Source: Oceanithermus desulfurans (GTDB taxonomy: Bacteria > Deinococcota > Deinococci > Deinococcales > Marinithermaceae). Taken from it: 64,000 nt of DNA. This document shows, piece after piece, positions 19,454-29,394 of this stretch; the stretch's first letter is position 1; each line of letters opens with the position of its first letter. The position numbers were made by a program, and so were the translations under genes. The stretch lies in contig NZ_JACHEZ010000010.1 of assembly GCF_014201675.1 (NCBI RefSeq), positions 14,640-78,639 of the forward strand, in the 5' to 3' direction. Under the pieces are notes generated by a model. That model worked only from the letters and a program-made list of their open reading frames with translations, had not been told where the DNA came from and searched no databases.

Positions 19454-19535
19454 CGAACCCCTCCTTTGTTCCATTCTAGCGCAGGTCCCAAGGCCTTCCT
19501 TTGGAAACGATTAAGAAGACCTAAATGCGGCGGCC

Positions 19536-21161
19536 TTACTCGAGCACCGCCAGGTAGTCGTACAGGTCGGGCCCGCCCGCGTGCACCTCGACGTCGAGGT
19601 CCTCGTAGGCGGCCTCGATCTTCCGCACCAGTGCCTGTACCCGCTCGGCCTCGACGGCGGGGCTGTGGAAGAGGGTGAGGATCTCGTAGTCGTCGGCGTC
19701 GTCCAGCGTCAGCTTGAGCAGGTTGAGCAGCGCCTCTTCGGGATCGTCGGCCACCACGGTCAGCTTGCCGTCGCGCAGCCCGATCACCTGCCCCTCGCTG
19801 ACCTCGCCCACCTCCTCGACGACCGCGTCGCGGCTGGCGCGGGTTACCTCGAAGGTGACGGCGTGCGCGGCCGCTTCCTTCATCTCCTCGGTCAGCCCGG
19901 CGGCGTCCGACTCGGGGGCGTAGAGCACCGCCGCGGCCAGCCCCTGACCCAGGGTGCGGGTGGGCACGACGTAGACCTTCTTGCCCTCCTTCTCGGCCAG
20001 CTCAGCGGCCTTCTCGGCGGCGAGGATCACGTTCTTGTTGTTGGGCAGCACGATCACCTCGGGGTTGGGCAGGCTCTTGATGGCGTCGAGGATGTCCTGC
20101 ACGCTGGGGTTCTGCGTCTGCCCTCCGGCGACGATGCGCGCCCCCAGGCCGCGGAAGGCCTTGATCACGCCCCAACCGCTGGCCACGGCCACCAGGCCGG
20201 TGGGCGGCGGGGCCTCGTCGGCGGCGCCCACGGCCGAGAGGATCTCCGAGTGCTGCTCGGACATGTCCTCCACTTTGGTGCGCTTCATCCTGCCGTAGCG
20301 GGCCACCGTAGCCAGCAGCGCGTCGGGCTCGTTGGTGTGGATGTGCCCCTTGACGTAGCCCTCGGCCCCCACGACGAGGAGCGAGTCGCCGAAGGGGGCG
20401 ACGAGCTCGCGGATCTTCTCGACGGGCTCCTTGACGTCCTCCATCAGGAACTCGGTGCAGTAGCCGTATTCTTCTTCTTCGAAGGCCTCCTGGGCGTACT
20501 TCTCGATCTTGGGGGGCTCGGGCAGGGGCTTTTCCAGCACGAACCCCTCGAGCCCCTCGACGAGGTAGAGGTAGCCCTTGCCGCCGGCGTCGACGACGCC
20601 CGCGGTCTTCAGCACCGGCAGCATCTCGGGGGTCTGTTCCAACAGCTCGCCGCCGCGCCGGATCGCCCCCGCCAGCACCGCTTCGATCGTCGCAGCACCC
20701 TCCTCCACGGCCTGCTGCGCGCCCTCGGCCACGCCCCGCGCCACGGTGAGGATCGTGCCCTCGACCGGCTTCATCACCGCGCGGTAGGCCGACTGCGCCC
20801 CGGCCTCGAGGGCCTCGGCGAGCAGTTCGGGGGTCACCGCGGGGCTGCGCTTGATCGCCTCGGAAAAGCCCTTGAGCAGCTGCGAGAGGATGACGCCCGA
20901 GTTGCCCCGCGCGCCCAGGAGGCTGCCGTAGGCGAGCGCCCGCGCCACCTCGCGCATCTTGGTGTTGTCGCAGAGGTCGAGTTCGCGGCGCACCGACTGC
21001 AGGGTGAGGTGCATGTTGGTGCCGGTGTCGCCGTCGGGAACGGGATAGACGTTGAGGGCGTTGACCTCCTCGACGTAGACGGCGAACCAGTCGGTGGCGA
21101 AGCGGAAGGCGTCGGCCAGCGCCTCGGGCGACCACTTATCCACGGCTGACCCCCACGACAT
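19536..21161 (-). CDS. DAK2 domain fusion protein YloV family
   Basis: 'VPDGDTGTNMHLTL' Dak2 motif; 541 aa, matching YloV architecture. Confidence 0.8.
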   Translation of the reverse strand: MSWGSAVDKWSPEALADAFRFATDWFAVYVEEVNALNVYPVPDGDTGTNMHLTLQSVRRELDLCDNTKMREVARALAYGSLLGARGNSGVILSQLLKGFSEAIKRSPAVTPELLAEALEAGAQSAYRAVMKPVEGTILTVARGVAEGAQQAVEEGAATIEAVLAGAIRRGGELLEQTPEMLPVLKTAGVVDAGGKGYLYLVEGLEGFVLEKPLPEPPKIEKYAQEAFEEEEYGYCTEFLMEDVKEPVEKIRELVAPFGDSLLVVGAEGYVKGHIHTNEPDALLATVARYGRMKRTKVEDMSEQHSEILSAVGAADEAPPPTGLVAVASGWGVIKAFRGLGARIVAGGQTQNPSVQDILDAIKSLPNPEVIVLPNNKNVILAAEKAAELAEKEGKKVYVVPTRTLGQGLAAAVLYAPESDAAGLTEEMKEAAAHAVTFEVTRASRDAVVEEVGEVSEGQVIGLRDGKLTVVADDPEEALLNLLKLTLDDADDYEILTLFHSPAVEAERVQALVRKIEAAYEDLDVEVHAGGPDLYDYLAVLE

Positions 21162-21477
21162 GGACGTGCACGCGCTCGAGCTTCACCCCGGCCAGCTTCT
21201 CGGCCGCCCACTCGGCGCGCTCGGCGATGCCCTCGACCACCGTCGGCACCTTGACCCCGAAGGCCACGACGACGTAGAGGTCGGCCTGGTAGCTGCCGGG
21301 CTTGGCGGGGTCGGCCTTGATGACGACCCCCTGGCTGGCCTCGCTGCGGCCCAGGATGCGGCTGAGGCCGTCGCGGATGCCCACCGGGCTCATGCCCACC
21401 ACGCCCGGGACCTCGTGGGCCGCCAGCCCCACGATGGCCGCCAGGGCCTGTTCGGTTACGGTGATGTTCCCCTTCAT
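21136..21477 (-). CDS. Asp23/Gls24 family envelope stress response protein
   Basis: 113 aa. 'AIVGLAAHEVPGVVGM' is typical of alkaline shock protein 23. Directly upstream of the YloV gene, as is usual. Confidence 0.8.
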   Translation of the reverse strand: MKGNITVTEQALAAIVGLAAHEVPGVVGMSPVGIRDGLSRILGRSEASQGVVIKADPAKPGSYQADLYVVVAFGVKVPTVVEGIAERAEWAAEKLAGVKLERVHVHVVGVSRG

Positions 21478-21499
21478 GGCGTCTCCTTCCCCGTTCGCT

Positions 21500-22204
21500 T
21501 CAACGGATGCGTTCCACCCGGACGAGCTCGGCGGAGAGTCCTCCCCAAGACTGCCCGAAGTAAATTCGCAGCGGCCAGCGCGCTTCGTTGCGCCCGTACC
21601 ACACCTCGATCTGCGCCCCCTCGCCTTCGAAACGGTAGCCCTCGGCCTCTATGCGGCCGGTGGGCGACGAGAGCCGCCGTACCCCCAAGAACGCGAGCGG
21701 GGCCCGAACCAGGCGGGGGTAGTTGATCAACCAAAGCGGCTTCGGCTCGGGGTGCACCCTGACATAATACAGGACCGACAAATCGTCCAGCACGTCGGTC
21801 TGCGGCTCGCGAAAGGTGTACACCTGACCGGTGACCCAGACGAAGCGCACCGCGGTCTCCTGGCCCACCACGGCGGTGAGGACGCGCCGCCCCTCGCCGG
21901 GCACGGTCAGGTCCCGCTGGAACCGGCGGGTGAAGAGGTCGCGCCGGGTGTACGAGTCCGAAACCAGATCGAACCCCACCAGCTGCGCGAGCCCGCCGCC
22001 ACGCACCCGTCCGGCGTAGTGCCAGCCGCTCCCGGTGCGTACGGCCTCGATGGCCTGGTGCCCCACGACCAGCCCCTTCCAGCGCAACACGTAGACGAGC
22101 CGCTCGCCGTTGGGCCAGGGGACGGGCGGCGTCTCCGGCAGATCGGACCCGGCCGCGGCGAAGGCGGCCAGCGCGAGCGCCAGCCCCACCACGGTACGGC
22201 GCAT
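21500..22204 (-). CDS. Secreted DUF3108-like protein
   Basis: Signal peptide; 234 aa with a beta-rich repetitive pattern. Family assignment is from memory and tentative. Confidence 0.5.
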   Translation of the reverse strand: MRRTVVGLALALAAFAAAGSDLPETPPVPWPNGERLVYVLRWKGLVVGHQAIEAVRTGSGWHYAGRVRGGGLAQLVGFDLVSDSYTRRDLFTRRFQRDLTVPGEGRRVLTAVVGQETAVRFVWVTGQVYTFREPQTDVLDDLSVLYYVRVHPEPKPLWLINYPRLVRAPLAFLGVRRLSSPTGRIEAEGYRFEGEGAQIEVWYGRNEARWPLRIYFGQSWGGLSAELVRVERIR

Positions 22205-22267
22205 ACCCCCACTCTAACGGGACCGCCCCGGCGCGCGCGGCGCCGGGGCGGCGGGAGGGGGGAGGCG

Positions 22268-23377
22268 TCAGCTGCGCAGCGCGTCCTCGGGCGGGGTGTA
22301 GGGCAGGCCGAAGGCCTCGGCCACGGCGGCGTAGGTGAGCTTGCCGTGGTAGGTGTTCAACCCCTTCAGGAGCGCCGGGTCCTCCGCCAGCGCCGCCACG
22401 CCCTTCTCGGCCAGCTTCATCGCGTAGGGCAGCGTCTGGTTGGTGAGGGCGAAGGTGCTGGTGCGCGGTACCGCGCCGGGCATGTTGGCCACGCCGTAGT
22501 GCACCACCCCGTCGATCACGTAGGTGGGCTCGGCATGCGTGGTGGGCTTGATCGTCTCCACGCAGCCGCCCTGGTCCACGGCCACGTCCACGATCACCGA
22601 GCCCTCCTTCATGGTGGGCAGCATCTCGCGGGTCACCAGGTGGGGCGCCTTGGCCCCGGGGATGAGCACGGCGCCGATCAGCACGTCGGCATAACGCACC
22701 GCCTTTTTGATGTTGGCCTCGGTCGAGGTGAGCGTGGTCAGGCGGCCCGCGAAGACGTCGTCCAGGTACTGCAGGCGGGCGTGGTTGACGTCGAGGATCG
22801 TCACGTGCGCGCCCATCCCCACGGCGATCTTGGCGGCGTTGATGCCCACGGTGCCGCCGCCGAGGATGACCACGTCCGCAGGCGCCACGCCGGGCACGCC
22901 CCCGAGCAGCACCCCGCGGCCGCCGTACGACTTCTCCAGGTACTTCGCGCCCTCCTGGGTGGCCATGCGTCCGGCCACCTCGCTCATCGGCACCAGGAGC
23001 GGCAGCGCGCCGTCCGCGGTCTGCACGGTTTCGTAGGCGATGCCGATCACGCCCGACTCGAGCATCGCCCGGGTCAGCTCCTCGCTCGCGGCCAGGTGCA
23101 GGTAGGTGAAGAGGATCAGATCCGGGCGCAGGTAGGCGTACTCGGCGGGTAGCGGCTCCTTGACCTTGACCACCATCTCGGCGCTCCAGGCTTCCTCGGC
23201 GCTCACCAGCCGCGCCCCCGCCGCCTCGTACTCGGCGTCGGCGAGGCCCGAACCCGCTCCGGCGCCCCGCTCGACCCAGACCTCGTGCCCGCGCTTGGTC
23301 AGGCTCTCGACCCCGCCCGGCGTCATGGCCACGCGGTTTTCCAGCGTCTTGATCTCCTTGGGTACTCCGATCTTCAT
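22268..23377 (-). CDS. ald: Alanine dehydrogenase
   Basis: '[23 protein letters not shown]', '[20 protein letters not shown]' Rossmann; 369 aa. Confidence 0.92.
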   Translation of the reverse strand: MKIGVPKEIKTLENRVAMTPGGVESLTKRGHEVWVERGAGAGSGLADAEYEAAGARLVSAEEAWSAEMVVKVKEPLPAEYAYLRPDLILFTYLHLAASEELTRAMLESGVIGIAYETVQTADGALPLLVPMSEVAGRMATQEGAKYLEKSYGGRGVLLGGVPGVAPADVVILGGGTVGINAAKIAVGMGAHVTILDVNHARLQYLDDVFAGRLTTLTSTEANIKKAVRYADVLIGAVLIPGAKAPHLVTREMLPTMKEGSVIVDVAVDQGGCVETIKPTTHAEPTYVIDGVVHYGVANMPGAVPRTSTFALTNQTLPYAMKLAEKGVAALAEDPALLKGLNTYHGKLTYAAVAEAFGLPYTPPEDALRS

Positions 23378-23484
23378 AGCGGGCCTCCTTGATTCGAGGC
23401 TACGCCAAGCGCATTCCCGAATGGAAGGGCAAACCCAAAGCGTTCCGGCTGGATTTGTTAACGAACGTAAGCCATACTGGGGCC

Positions 23485-23964
23485 ATGGCTTTACGAAACA
23501 AAAACCGCCTGGACCGGGTGGACCTGGCCATCCTCACCGAGCTGCAGGCGGACGCCCGCATCTCGATCAGCGAGTTGGCGCGCCGCGTGGGGCGCAGCGC
23601 CCCCGCGGTGGCCGAGCGCGTGCGCAAGCTCGAGGAGGCGGGGGTGATCGAGGGCTACCGCGCCCAGATCAACCCCGCGGCGCTGGGCTTCTCGGTCATC
23701 GCCCTGATCGAGCTGACCACCACCCCCGCCCACTACGACGAGGTGAACCGCTACGCCGCGCGCACGCCCGAGGTGCAGGAGTGCCACTTCGTCACCGGCG
23801 GCGCGTCGTTCATCGTGCGCGTGGTGGCGCGCTCGATCGACAACCTGCGGCGGATCATCGAGGAGTTGAGCGTCTACGGCAGCACCCGCACCTCGGTGGC
23901 GCTGGCCTCGCCCATCATCAAGACCCGCTTCGATCTCGAGGCGCTGGCCCGCCCGGATGCCTAG
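23485..23964 (+). CDS. Lrp/AsnC family transcriptional regulator, divergent from ald (AldR-like)
   Basis: '[47 protein letters not shown]' HTH plus a RAM domain. Start taken at the internal ATG (MALRNKN). Confidence 0.85.
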   Translation: MALRNKNRLDRVDLAILTELQADARISISELARRVGRSAPAVAERVRKLEEAGVIEGYRAQINPAALGFSVIALIELTTTPAHYDEVNRYAARTPEVQECHFVTGGASFIVRVVARSIDNLRRIIEELSVYGSTRTSVALASPIIKTRFDLEALARPDA

Positions 23965-24737
23965 AACCTGGGCTTGCGCTTTTCGAAGAAGGCCGCAAGC
24001 CCCTCCTCCAGGTCGGCGCTCTGGCGGATCCAGGCGCCGGCGGCGGCGGCGTAGCGCAGCGCGTCCTCGAGCCCCATCCCGTAGAACGAAGCCAGCAGCT
24101 CCTTGGTGAGCGCCAGCGAAGCGGGGGCGTTCTCGGCGATGCGGCCGGCCCAGGCCACGGCTTCGTCTACGCTGGTACCCGCCGCCGCCACGCGGCCCGC
24201 GAGCCCCATCCGGTAGGCGGTCGGCGCGTCCACCAGGTCGCCGGTGAGCAGCAACTCGCGGGCGTGCTTCTCGCCTACCGCGCGCACCAGCAGCACCCCC
24301 ACCAGCGCGGCTACGAAGCCGATCTTCACCTCGGTGTAGCCGATGCGCGCCTCCTCGTCCATCACGATCAGGTCGCAGGCGGTGGCCAGCCCGGCGCCGC
24401 CGGCGACCGCGGGGCCGTTCACCGCCGCCACCACCGGCTTGGGGAAGGTGTAGACCCGCAGGAAGAGGTCGCGCAGCCGCCCCGAGTGGGCCAGGTTGGC
24501 CTCGGCGGACTCGCTGCGTACCCGCCGGAGGAAGTCCAGGTCGGCCCCGGCCGAGAAGGCCCGGCCCGCGCCCGTGATCACCAGCGCCCGCACCTCCTCC
24601 GCCGCCTCGGCCGCGTCCAGGGCCTGGTGCAACGCCCGCGCCAGTGCGTCCGAAAGGGGGTTGCGGCGCTCGGGGTCGGAGAGGGTGAGCACGCGCACCC
24701 GCCCGATGTCCTTGGTGACGACCCGTTCGCTGCCCAT
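23961..24737 (-). CDS. Enoyl-CoA hydratase/isomerase (crotonase) family protein
   Basis: 'ALVITGAGRAFSAGADL' and 'AAVNGPAVAGGAGLATACD' are crotonase-fold signatures. Confidence 0.85.
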   Translation of the reverse strand: MGSERVVTKDIGRVRVLTLSDPERRNPLSDALARALHQALDAAEAAEEVRALVITGAGRAFSAGADLDFLRRVRSESAEANLAHSGRLRDLFLRVYTFPKPVVAAVNGPAVAGGAGLATACDLIVMDEEARIGYTEVKIGFVAALVGVLLVRAVGEKHARELLLTGDLVDAPTAYRMGLAGRVAAAGTSVDEAVAWAGRIAENAPASLALTKELLASFYGMGLEDALRYAAAAGAWIRQSADLEEGLAAFFEKRKPRF

Positions 24738-24770
24738 ACACCCAGACTACCCGTATTTCCGTGGAGCGGG

Positions 24771-25580
24771 TCAGTCCACGCGGATCGTCCGCGGGTCGAA
24801 ATCGACCTTGGGGAAGCGCGGGTCCATGGCCTCGAGCGTCTCCACGAGCACCCGCGCCACGATCAGGTTACGCTGCCACTTGCGGTCGGCGGGCACCGCG
24901 TACCAGGGGGCCGCGGCGGTGGAGGTGCGCTCGAGCATGACCCGGTAGGCCTCGGTGTAGGCGTCCCAGAGCTTGCGCTCCGCCAAATCGGCGGGGTTGA
25001 ACTTCCAGTTCTTCTCGGGGTTGGCGAGCCGCGCCTCGAGCCGCTCCTTCTGCTCTTCCTTGGAGATATGTAGAAAGAACTTGACGATGCGCGTGCCCTC
25101 GTCGGCCAGCAGCTGCTCGAAGGCGTTGATGTGGTCGTAGCGCCGCTCCCACACCTCGCGCGGCACCAGCCCGTGCACCCGCACCACCAGCACGTCCTCG
25201 TAGTGGCTGCGGTTGAAGATGCCGATCTCGCCCCGCGCCGGCGCGTGCCGGTGCACCCGCCAGAGGTAGTCGTGCGCCAGCTCGAGCGCGGTCGGTTTCT
25301 TGAACGTGGTGACCCGCACCCCCTGGGGATTGACCGCGCGGAAGACGTGGCGGATGGTGCCGTCCTTGCCGGCGGTGTCCATGCCCTGCAGCACGATCAG
25401 GAGGGCCTGGCGGCCCTCGGCGTAGAGGCGGGCTTGCAGTTCACCCAGCCGCCGCGAGAGTTCGACCAGCTGCTTGCGCGCCGTTTTCTTACCGCCGCCG
25501 AAGCCGTCGTCCTCGCGCGTAGGCCACCGCATGAGGTCGACGGGGGCGCCGGGTTCGATCCGGTACCGGGAAACGTCCAT
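24771..25580 (-). CDS. ppk2: Polyphosphate kinase 2 (PPK2) family protein
   Basis: 'IVLQGMDTAGKDGTIRHV' Walker A, 'FNRSHYEDVLVVRVHG' and 'WQRNLIVARVL' are PPK2 motifs. Confidence 0.85.
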   Translation of the reverse strand: MDVSRYRIEPGAPVDLMRWPTREDDGFGGGKKTARKQLVELSRRLGELQARLYAEGRQALLIVLQGMDTAGKDGTIRHVFRAVNPQGVRVTTFKKPTALELAHDYLWRVHRHAPARGEIGIFNRSHYEDVLVVRVHGLVPREVWERRYDHINAFEQLLADEGTRIVKFFLHISKEEQKERLEARLANPEKNWKFNPADLAERKLWDAYTEAYRVMLERTSTAAAPWYAVPADRKWQRNLIVARVLVETLEAMDPRFPKVDFDPRTIRVD

Positions 25581-25600
25581 GCTCCAGTCTACGCAAATCG

Positions 25601-25622
25601 GTTTTGTGACGGTTTTGTGACG
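25601..25622. promoter_or_regulatory. Tandem direct repeats GTTTTGTGACG x2 (11-bp phasing) between divergent ppk2 and the first Ig-like lipoprotein gene; putative response-regulator (PhoB/OmpR-like) box
   Basis: Exact 11-mer repeated twice, 36 nt upstream of the 25658 start and about 20 nt from the ppk2 start. A related pair sits upstream of the third paralog (27591-27612), followed in both cases by GCGRCCGC..CTA. Confidence 0.5.
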
Positions 25623-25657
25623 CGACCGCGCTACCCCTGAGGCGAGGTGATGAAACG

Positions 25658-26611
25658 ATGCGCATACGTTGGTGGATGCTGCTCACCCTCTTCCTCACCG
25701 CCTGTGGGACACAAGAACCACCGGCTCCCCAGGTGAACGCTTTCTACCCTCCGGACGGCTACCACGGTTTCAAGAAAGACGAGTCGCTCCGCATCGCCTT
25801 CAACGAACCCATGGACCCGGCCACCACCGAGGCCGCCTTCCAGTTGCTGGGCCCGGCCGGCGCTCCGGTAGCGGTGAGCTTTACCTGGGAAGACGGCGGC
25901 CGCCGACTCAAGATTACGCCGGCCAACCCGCTCGCCTACAGCCCCGACAGCAGCTACCAAAGCTACCGCTACCTGCTCTCCACCGGGGCACGCTCGCAAA
26001 GGGGAACGCCGTTGGAAAGCGACCTCGACGTCTCCTTTACGACGATGCGCACCCTCACCGAAGTGCGCGACGCGGTCGCGGCGCTGGACGGCGCGGTTTC
26101 CTCAGCCGGTTTCGTATACAACGACCCCAACGACCCCAGCGCCTACACGACCGCCCGAACCGGCGACACCGTGGCCGATAAGGGCCTGCGCAGCTTCTTC
26201 GCCTTCGACCTGAGCGGGCTCGACGTCGCCGCCGAAGACGTCGCCTTCGCCCGGCTGGACCTCTACAACACCGCGCTCCGGGGCGCTCCCTTCGGCCCCG
26301 GGAACCTCGGCAACCTGGTCACCGAAACCGTGGACTACCTGGACGACGATCAACTCGACGCGGGCGACTACGCCCTCGCGGCGGGCCGCATCCTGGGCAC
26401 GGTGGCGTCGTGGGGAAGTGGTGTCCACGTCAACCTCGATGTGGACGAGGGCTTGAAAGACGCGCTGGACGCCAGCGGCGCCTACCTGCAACTGCGACTG
26501 CGCTTTGAAAACGAGAGCAACGGCGACGGCTCAGAAGACAGCGTCAACCCCGCCACCGGGGAAGACACGAACCACCCGCCACGGCTGACCGTTGGTTACT
26601 ACGCGCCCTAA
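25658..26611 (+). CDS. Ig-like (SbsA/Big_5-type) domain lipoprotein, paralog 1 of 3
   Basis: Lipobox 'LTACG'. 'FYPPDGYHGFKKDESLRIAFNEPMDPATTEAAF...VSFTTMRTL' is shared with the next two genes. Confidence 0.7.
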   Translation: MRIRWWMLLTLFLTACGTQEPPAPQVNAFYPPDGYHGFKKDESLRIAFNEPMDPATTEAAFQLLGPAGAPVAVSFTWEDGGRRLKITPANPLAYSPDSSYQSYRYLLSTGARSQRGTPLESDLDVSFTTMRTLTEVRDAVAALDGAVSSAGFVYNDPNDPSAYTTARTGDTVADKGLRSFFAFDLSGLDVAAEDVAFARLDLYNTALRGAPFGPGNLGNLVTETVDYLDDDQLDAGDYALAAGRILGTVASWGSGVHVNLDVDEGLKDALDASGAYLQLRLRFENESNGDGSEDSVNPATGEDTNHPPRLTVGYYAP

Positions 26612-26614
26612 AAG

Positions 26615-27583
26615 GTGATGTTGATGTTGGCAAGACGAACTATCTTATCGCTGTTCGGACTCCTCCTGCTCGCCGCCTGCGGCGGCAGCCAACCCGCCGA
26701 CGCCACCGCGCCTACCGTGGTTTCGGTCTACCCCGCCGACGGCTTCCACGGCTTCAAACGGGGCGAGGCGATTACGATTACCTTCAACGAACCCGTCGAC
26801 CCGATCAGCGTCATGGAAGCCTACCGTTCGGACGACGAAGGGCTGAAGCCCGACCAAGTGACCTTCGCCTTCGCCGACGGTGGCAAGAAGGTGTACATCC
26901 AACCGGTCCAGCCGCTGCTCTACAGCCCCACCGACGCCTACCTCTACTACGCCTTCGAGCTCGGCCCTGAGGTCAGCGACCGCTCCGGCAACCCCCTGGC
27001 CCAGCCCCTGCGCGTAAGCTTTAGCACCATGCGCACGCTCACCGCCAACCTGCCCTCAGAACGCGCCTTCGACGGCAGCGCCTCGCCCACCGCCGCCGTA
27101 AGCGACCAGGCGCTCCTTTCCGTTGGCGACGGCGCCACCGACGCGGGCATCCGTGGCTTCTTCAGCTTCGCCTTTCCCGAAGACGCTGGCGGGGTGCTGG
27201 CGGCCGAGCTGCGCTTCTTCGTCCACCACATCAGCGGAACCCCCTTCGCCGATCTGGGCCGGTTGAGCCTCGAGCCGGTAACCCTGGGTGACGCGCTGGA
27301 CGCCACCGACTACTACGTCTCGGCGCTCGCGACCCCCATCACCGACGCCGGCACCGGCTGGACCGACGGCAGCTACCGCACCTACGGCGTGAGCGACTGG
27401 GCCATCGCCGCCTGGAACGAAGGGCGAGGTCGCCTGGAAGTCCGGCTCCGCTTCGACGCCGAGACCGACCACGACGGCTCTACCGACGCCCTCTTTCTCG
27501 TGGCTCAGGACGCCGAGGAAGTACCCGAAGCCATCGGCCCCGAGTACCTTCCGGTGCTGCGCCTTACCTACTACGGCCCCTGA
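26615..27583 (+). CDS. Ig-like domain lipoprotein, paralog 2 (4-nt gap after paralog 1; co-transcribed)
   Basis: 'VYPADGFHGFKRGEAITITFNEPVDP...VSFSTMRTL'; lipobox 'LLAACGG'. Confidence 0.7.
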   Translation: MMLMLARRTILSLFGLLLLAACGGSQPADATAPTVVSVYPADGFHGFKRGEAITITFNEPVDPISVMEAYRSDDEGLKPDQVTFAFADGGKKVYIQPVQPLLYSPTDAYLYYAFELGPEVSDRSGNPLAQPLRVSFSTMRTLTANLPSERAFDGSASPTAAVSDQALLSVGDGATDAGIRGFFSFAFPEDAGGVLAAELRFFVHHISGTPFADLGRLSLEPVTLGDALDATDYYVSALATPITDAGTGWTDGSYRTYGVSDWAIAAWNEGRGRLEVRLRFDAETDHDGSTDALFLVAQDAEEVPEAIGPEYLPVLRLTYYGP

Positions 27584-27590
27584 CCGGACG

Positions 27591-27612
27591 GCTTGTGACG
27601 GTTATGTGACGG
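27591..27612. promoter_or_regulatory. Second copy of the TGTGACGG x2 direct-repeat box (gcTTGTGACGG-ttaTGTGACGG), upstream of paralog 3
   Basis: Same 11-bp phasing and the same distance (about 36-47 nt) to the start codon as the 25601-25622 box. Confidence 0.5.
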
Positions 27613-27647
27613 TGCGGCCGCTAGGCTCCGGTCGTTAGGAGACGACC

Positions 27648-28571
27648 GTGAACCACACCTGGACCTACACCTTCACCGCACTGCTCCTCGTCCTCGCCAG
27701 CTGCGCCGGCACCGGCACCGCGCCCGACACCACGCCGCCCGAGGTGCGCTCCAGCTCCCCGGCCGACGGCTCCCACGGGGCCACCAAGAACGCCGTCATC
27801 TCCGTCGCCTTCAGCGAGCCGATGAACGAGGCGGCCACCGAAGCGGCCTTCGTGCTGGAGGACGCCGGCGGTTCGCCGGTGGCGGTCACGCTGAGCTGGG
27901 CCGACGAAGGCAAGCGCCTCGTGGCCGTACCCAGCGCCCCGCTCGCCTACAGTTCCGACGCCAGCTACCAAAGCTACACCTACCGCGTCGGTACCGGCGC
28001 CGCCGACAGCGCCGGCAACCACCTGGCCGCGGCCTACGAGGCGACGTTCAGCACCATGCGCCGGCTGGGGTTCACCCTGGAGGGGGAAGCGGAGCTCGAC
28101 GGGTCCGTTTACTCGAACGGGGGCGTCTACGACAACCTCTCAAACACCTTCGTGGGCGACGGCCCATCGGACTTCTACGTCCGCGCCTTCTTCTCCTTCC
28201 CGCTGAGCAGCCTGCCCGCGAACGTCGAGTCGGTGGAGCGGGCCCGGATCAACCTCTACAGCAAGAAAGAAAATAACGGCGACGCGCTTCACTATCGCCT
28301 GGAGCACGTCGACTACGGCGACCGCCTGGACGCGGCCGACTACGGCCTCACGGCCCTCGCCAGCGAGCCGGTCTTCCCGCCCGACGACGGCTGGTTGCGA
28401 GCCGACGAACGCGGCTGGCTCCAGGAAGACCTGAACGCCGGCCGCATCCGCTTCCAGATCCGCCTGAGCTCCGACAACAACGGCGACGGAAGCGAGGATG
28501 GCTACTGGCTGACCACCACCGACGCCGGCAGCGACAAGCCTTTCGTGCAGGTCGTCGTCTACGCGCCTTAG
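27648..28571 (+). CDS. Ig-like domain lipoprotein, paralog 3
   Basis: 'SSPADGSHGATKNAVISVAFSEPMNEAATEAAF...ATFSTMRRL'; GTG start; lipobox 'LASCAG'. Confidence 0.7.
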   Translation: MNHTWTYTFTALLLVLASCAGTGTAPDTTPPEVRSSSPADGSHGATKNAVISVAFSEPMNEAATEAAFVLEDAGGSPVAVTLSWADEGKRLVAVPSAPLAYSSDASYQSYTYRVGTGAADSAGNHLAAAYEATFSTMRRLGFTLEGEAELDGSVYSNGGVYDNLSNTFVGDGPSDFYVRAFFSFPLSSLPANVESVERARINLYSKKENNGDALHYRLEHVDYGDRLDAADYGLTALASEPVFPPDDGWLRADERGWLQEDLNAGRIRFQIRLSSDNNGDGSEDGYWLTTTDAGSDKPFVQVVVYAP

Positions 28572-29336
28572 CTAGCGTCGCCTCATCCGGCGCTCCCCGT
28601 AGGCGAAGAGGCGCACCCGCCAGCCCGCAGGGAGCGCCCGCAAAAGGCGCAAGGGCCAGGCCAGCCGCCTCGGGAAGGCGACCTCGAAGGCGCGGCCCGC
28701 AAGCCCACGGGCGATGATGCGCGCGGCCGCGTCGGCCTCGAGCATGAAGGGCATGGGGAACTCGTTGGCGGCGATGATCGGCGTCTTCACGAAGCCGGGA
28801 CTGATGAGCTTCAGGTCGATCTTCTCGCGCTGCAGCTCGGCCCAGAGCGCCTCGGCGTAGTAGGCGAGCGCCGCCTTGCTGGTGCCGTAGCCGCTGGTGC
28901 GCGGCAGCCCCGCGTAGCCGGCCAGCGAGCCCACCAGCGCGATGGTACCGCCGCCGGCGGCGCGCATGCGCGGCCTGAGGGCGTCGAGGGCGTAGGCCAC
29001 GCCCAGCAGGTTGACCTCAAGGTGCTTTTTCAGGTTCGCCGCGGTGTCGTCGCGGCCCGCGCGCTTGAACGCCGCGCCCGCGTTCAGGACGGCGAGGTCC
29101 AGAGGGCCCGTGTCCTCCCAGACGGCGGCCACCGTCCGCTCCACCGCCTCGGCGTCGGTGACGTCGAGGGGGTAGGCGGCGCCGCCGGTTTCGCGCGCCA
29201 CCGCTTCCAGCCGCTCGACGTTGCGCCCCGAGACCAGCACGTACGCCCCCTGGCGGGCGTAGTGCCGGGCCAGGGCCCGCCCGATGCCGCTCGAGCCGCC
29301 GGTGATCCAAACCCGATGAAACCTCTTTTCGCCCAT
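28572..29336 (-). CDS. SDR family short-chain dehydrogenase/reductase
   Basis: 'VWITGGSSGIGRAL' (TGxxxGxG), 'LNAGAA', and a YxxxK catalytic motif ('YGTSKAAL'). Confidence 0.85.
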   Translation of the reverse strand: MGEKRFHRVWITGGSSGIGRALARHYARQGAYVLVSGRNVERLEAVARETGGAAYPLDVTDAEAVERTVAAVWEDTGPLDLAVLNAGAAFKRAGRDDTAANLKKHLEVNLLGVAYALDALRPRMRAAGGGTIALVGSLAGYAGLPRTSGYGTSKAALAYYAEALWAELQREKIDLKLISPGFVKTPIIAANEFPMPFMLEADAAARIIARGLAGRAFEVAFPRRLAWPLRLLRALPAGWRVRLFAYGERRMRRR

Positions 29337-29394
29337 CTGCCCCCGATTCTACCCCCGGGACGCTCTGAAGCCGCGGGCGTACGCGGGCGCGGCG

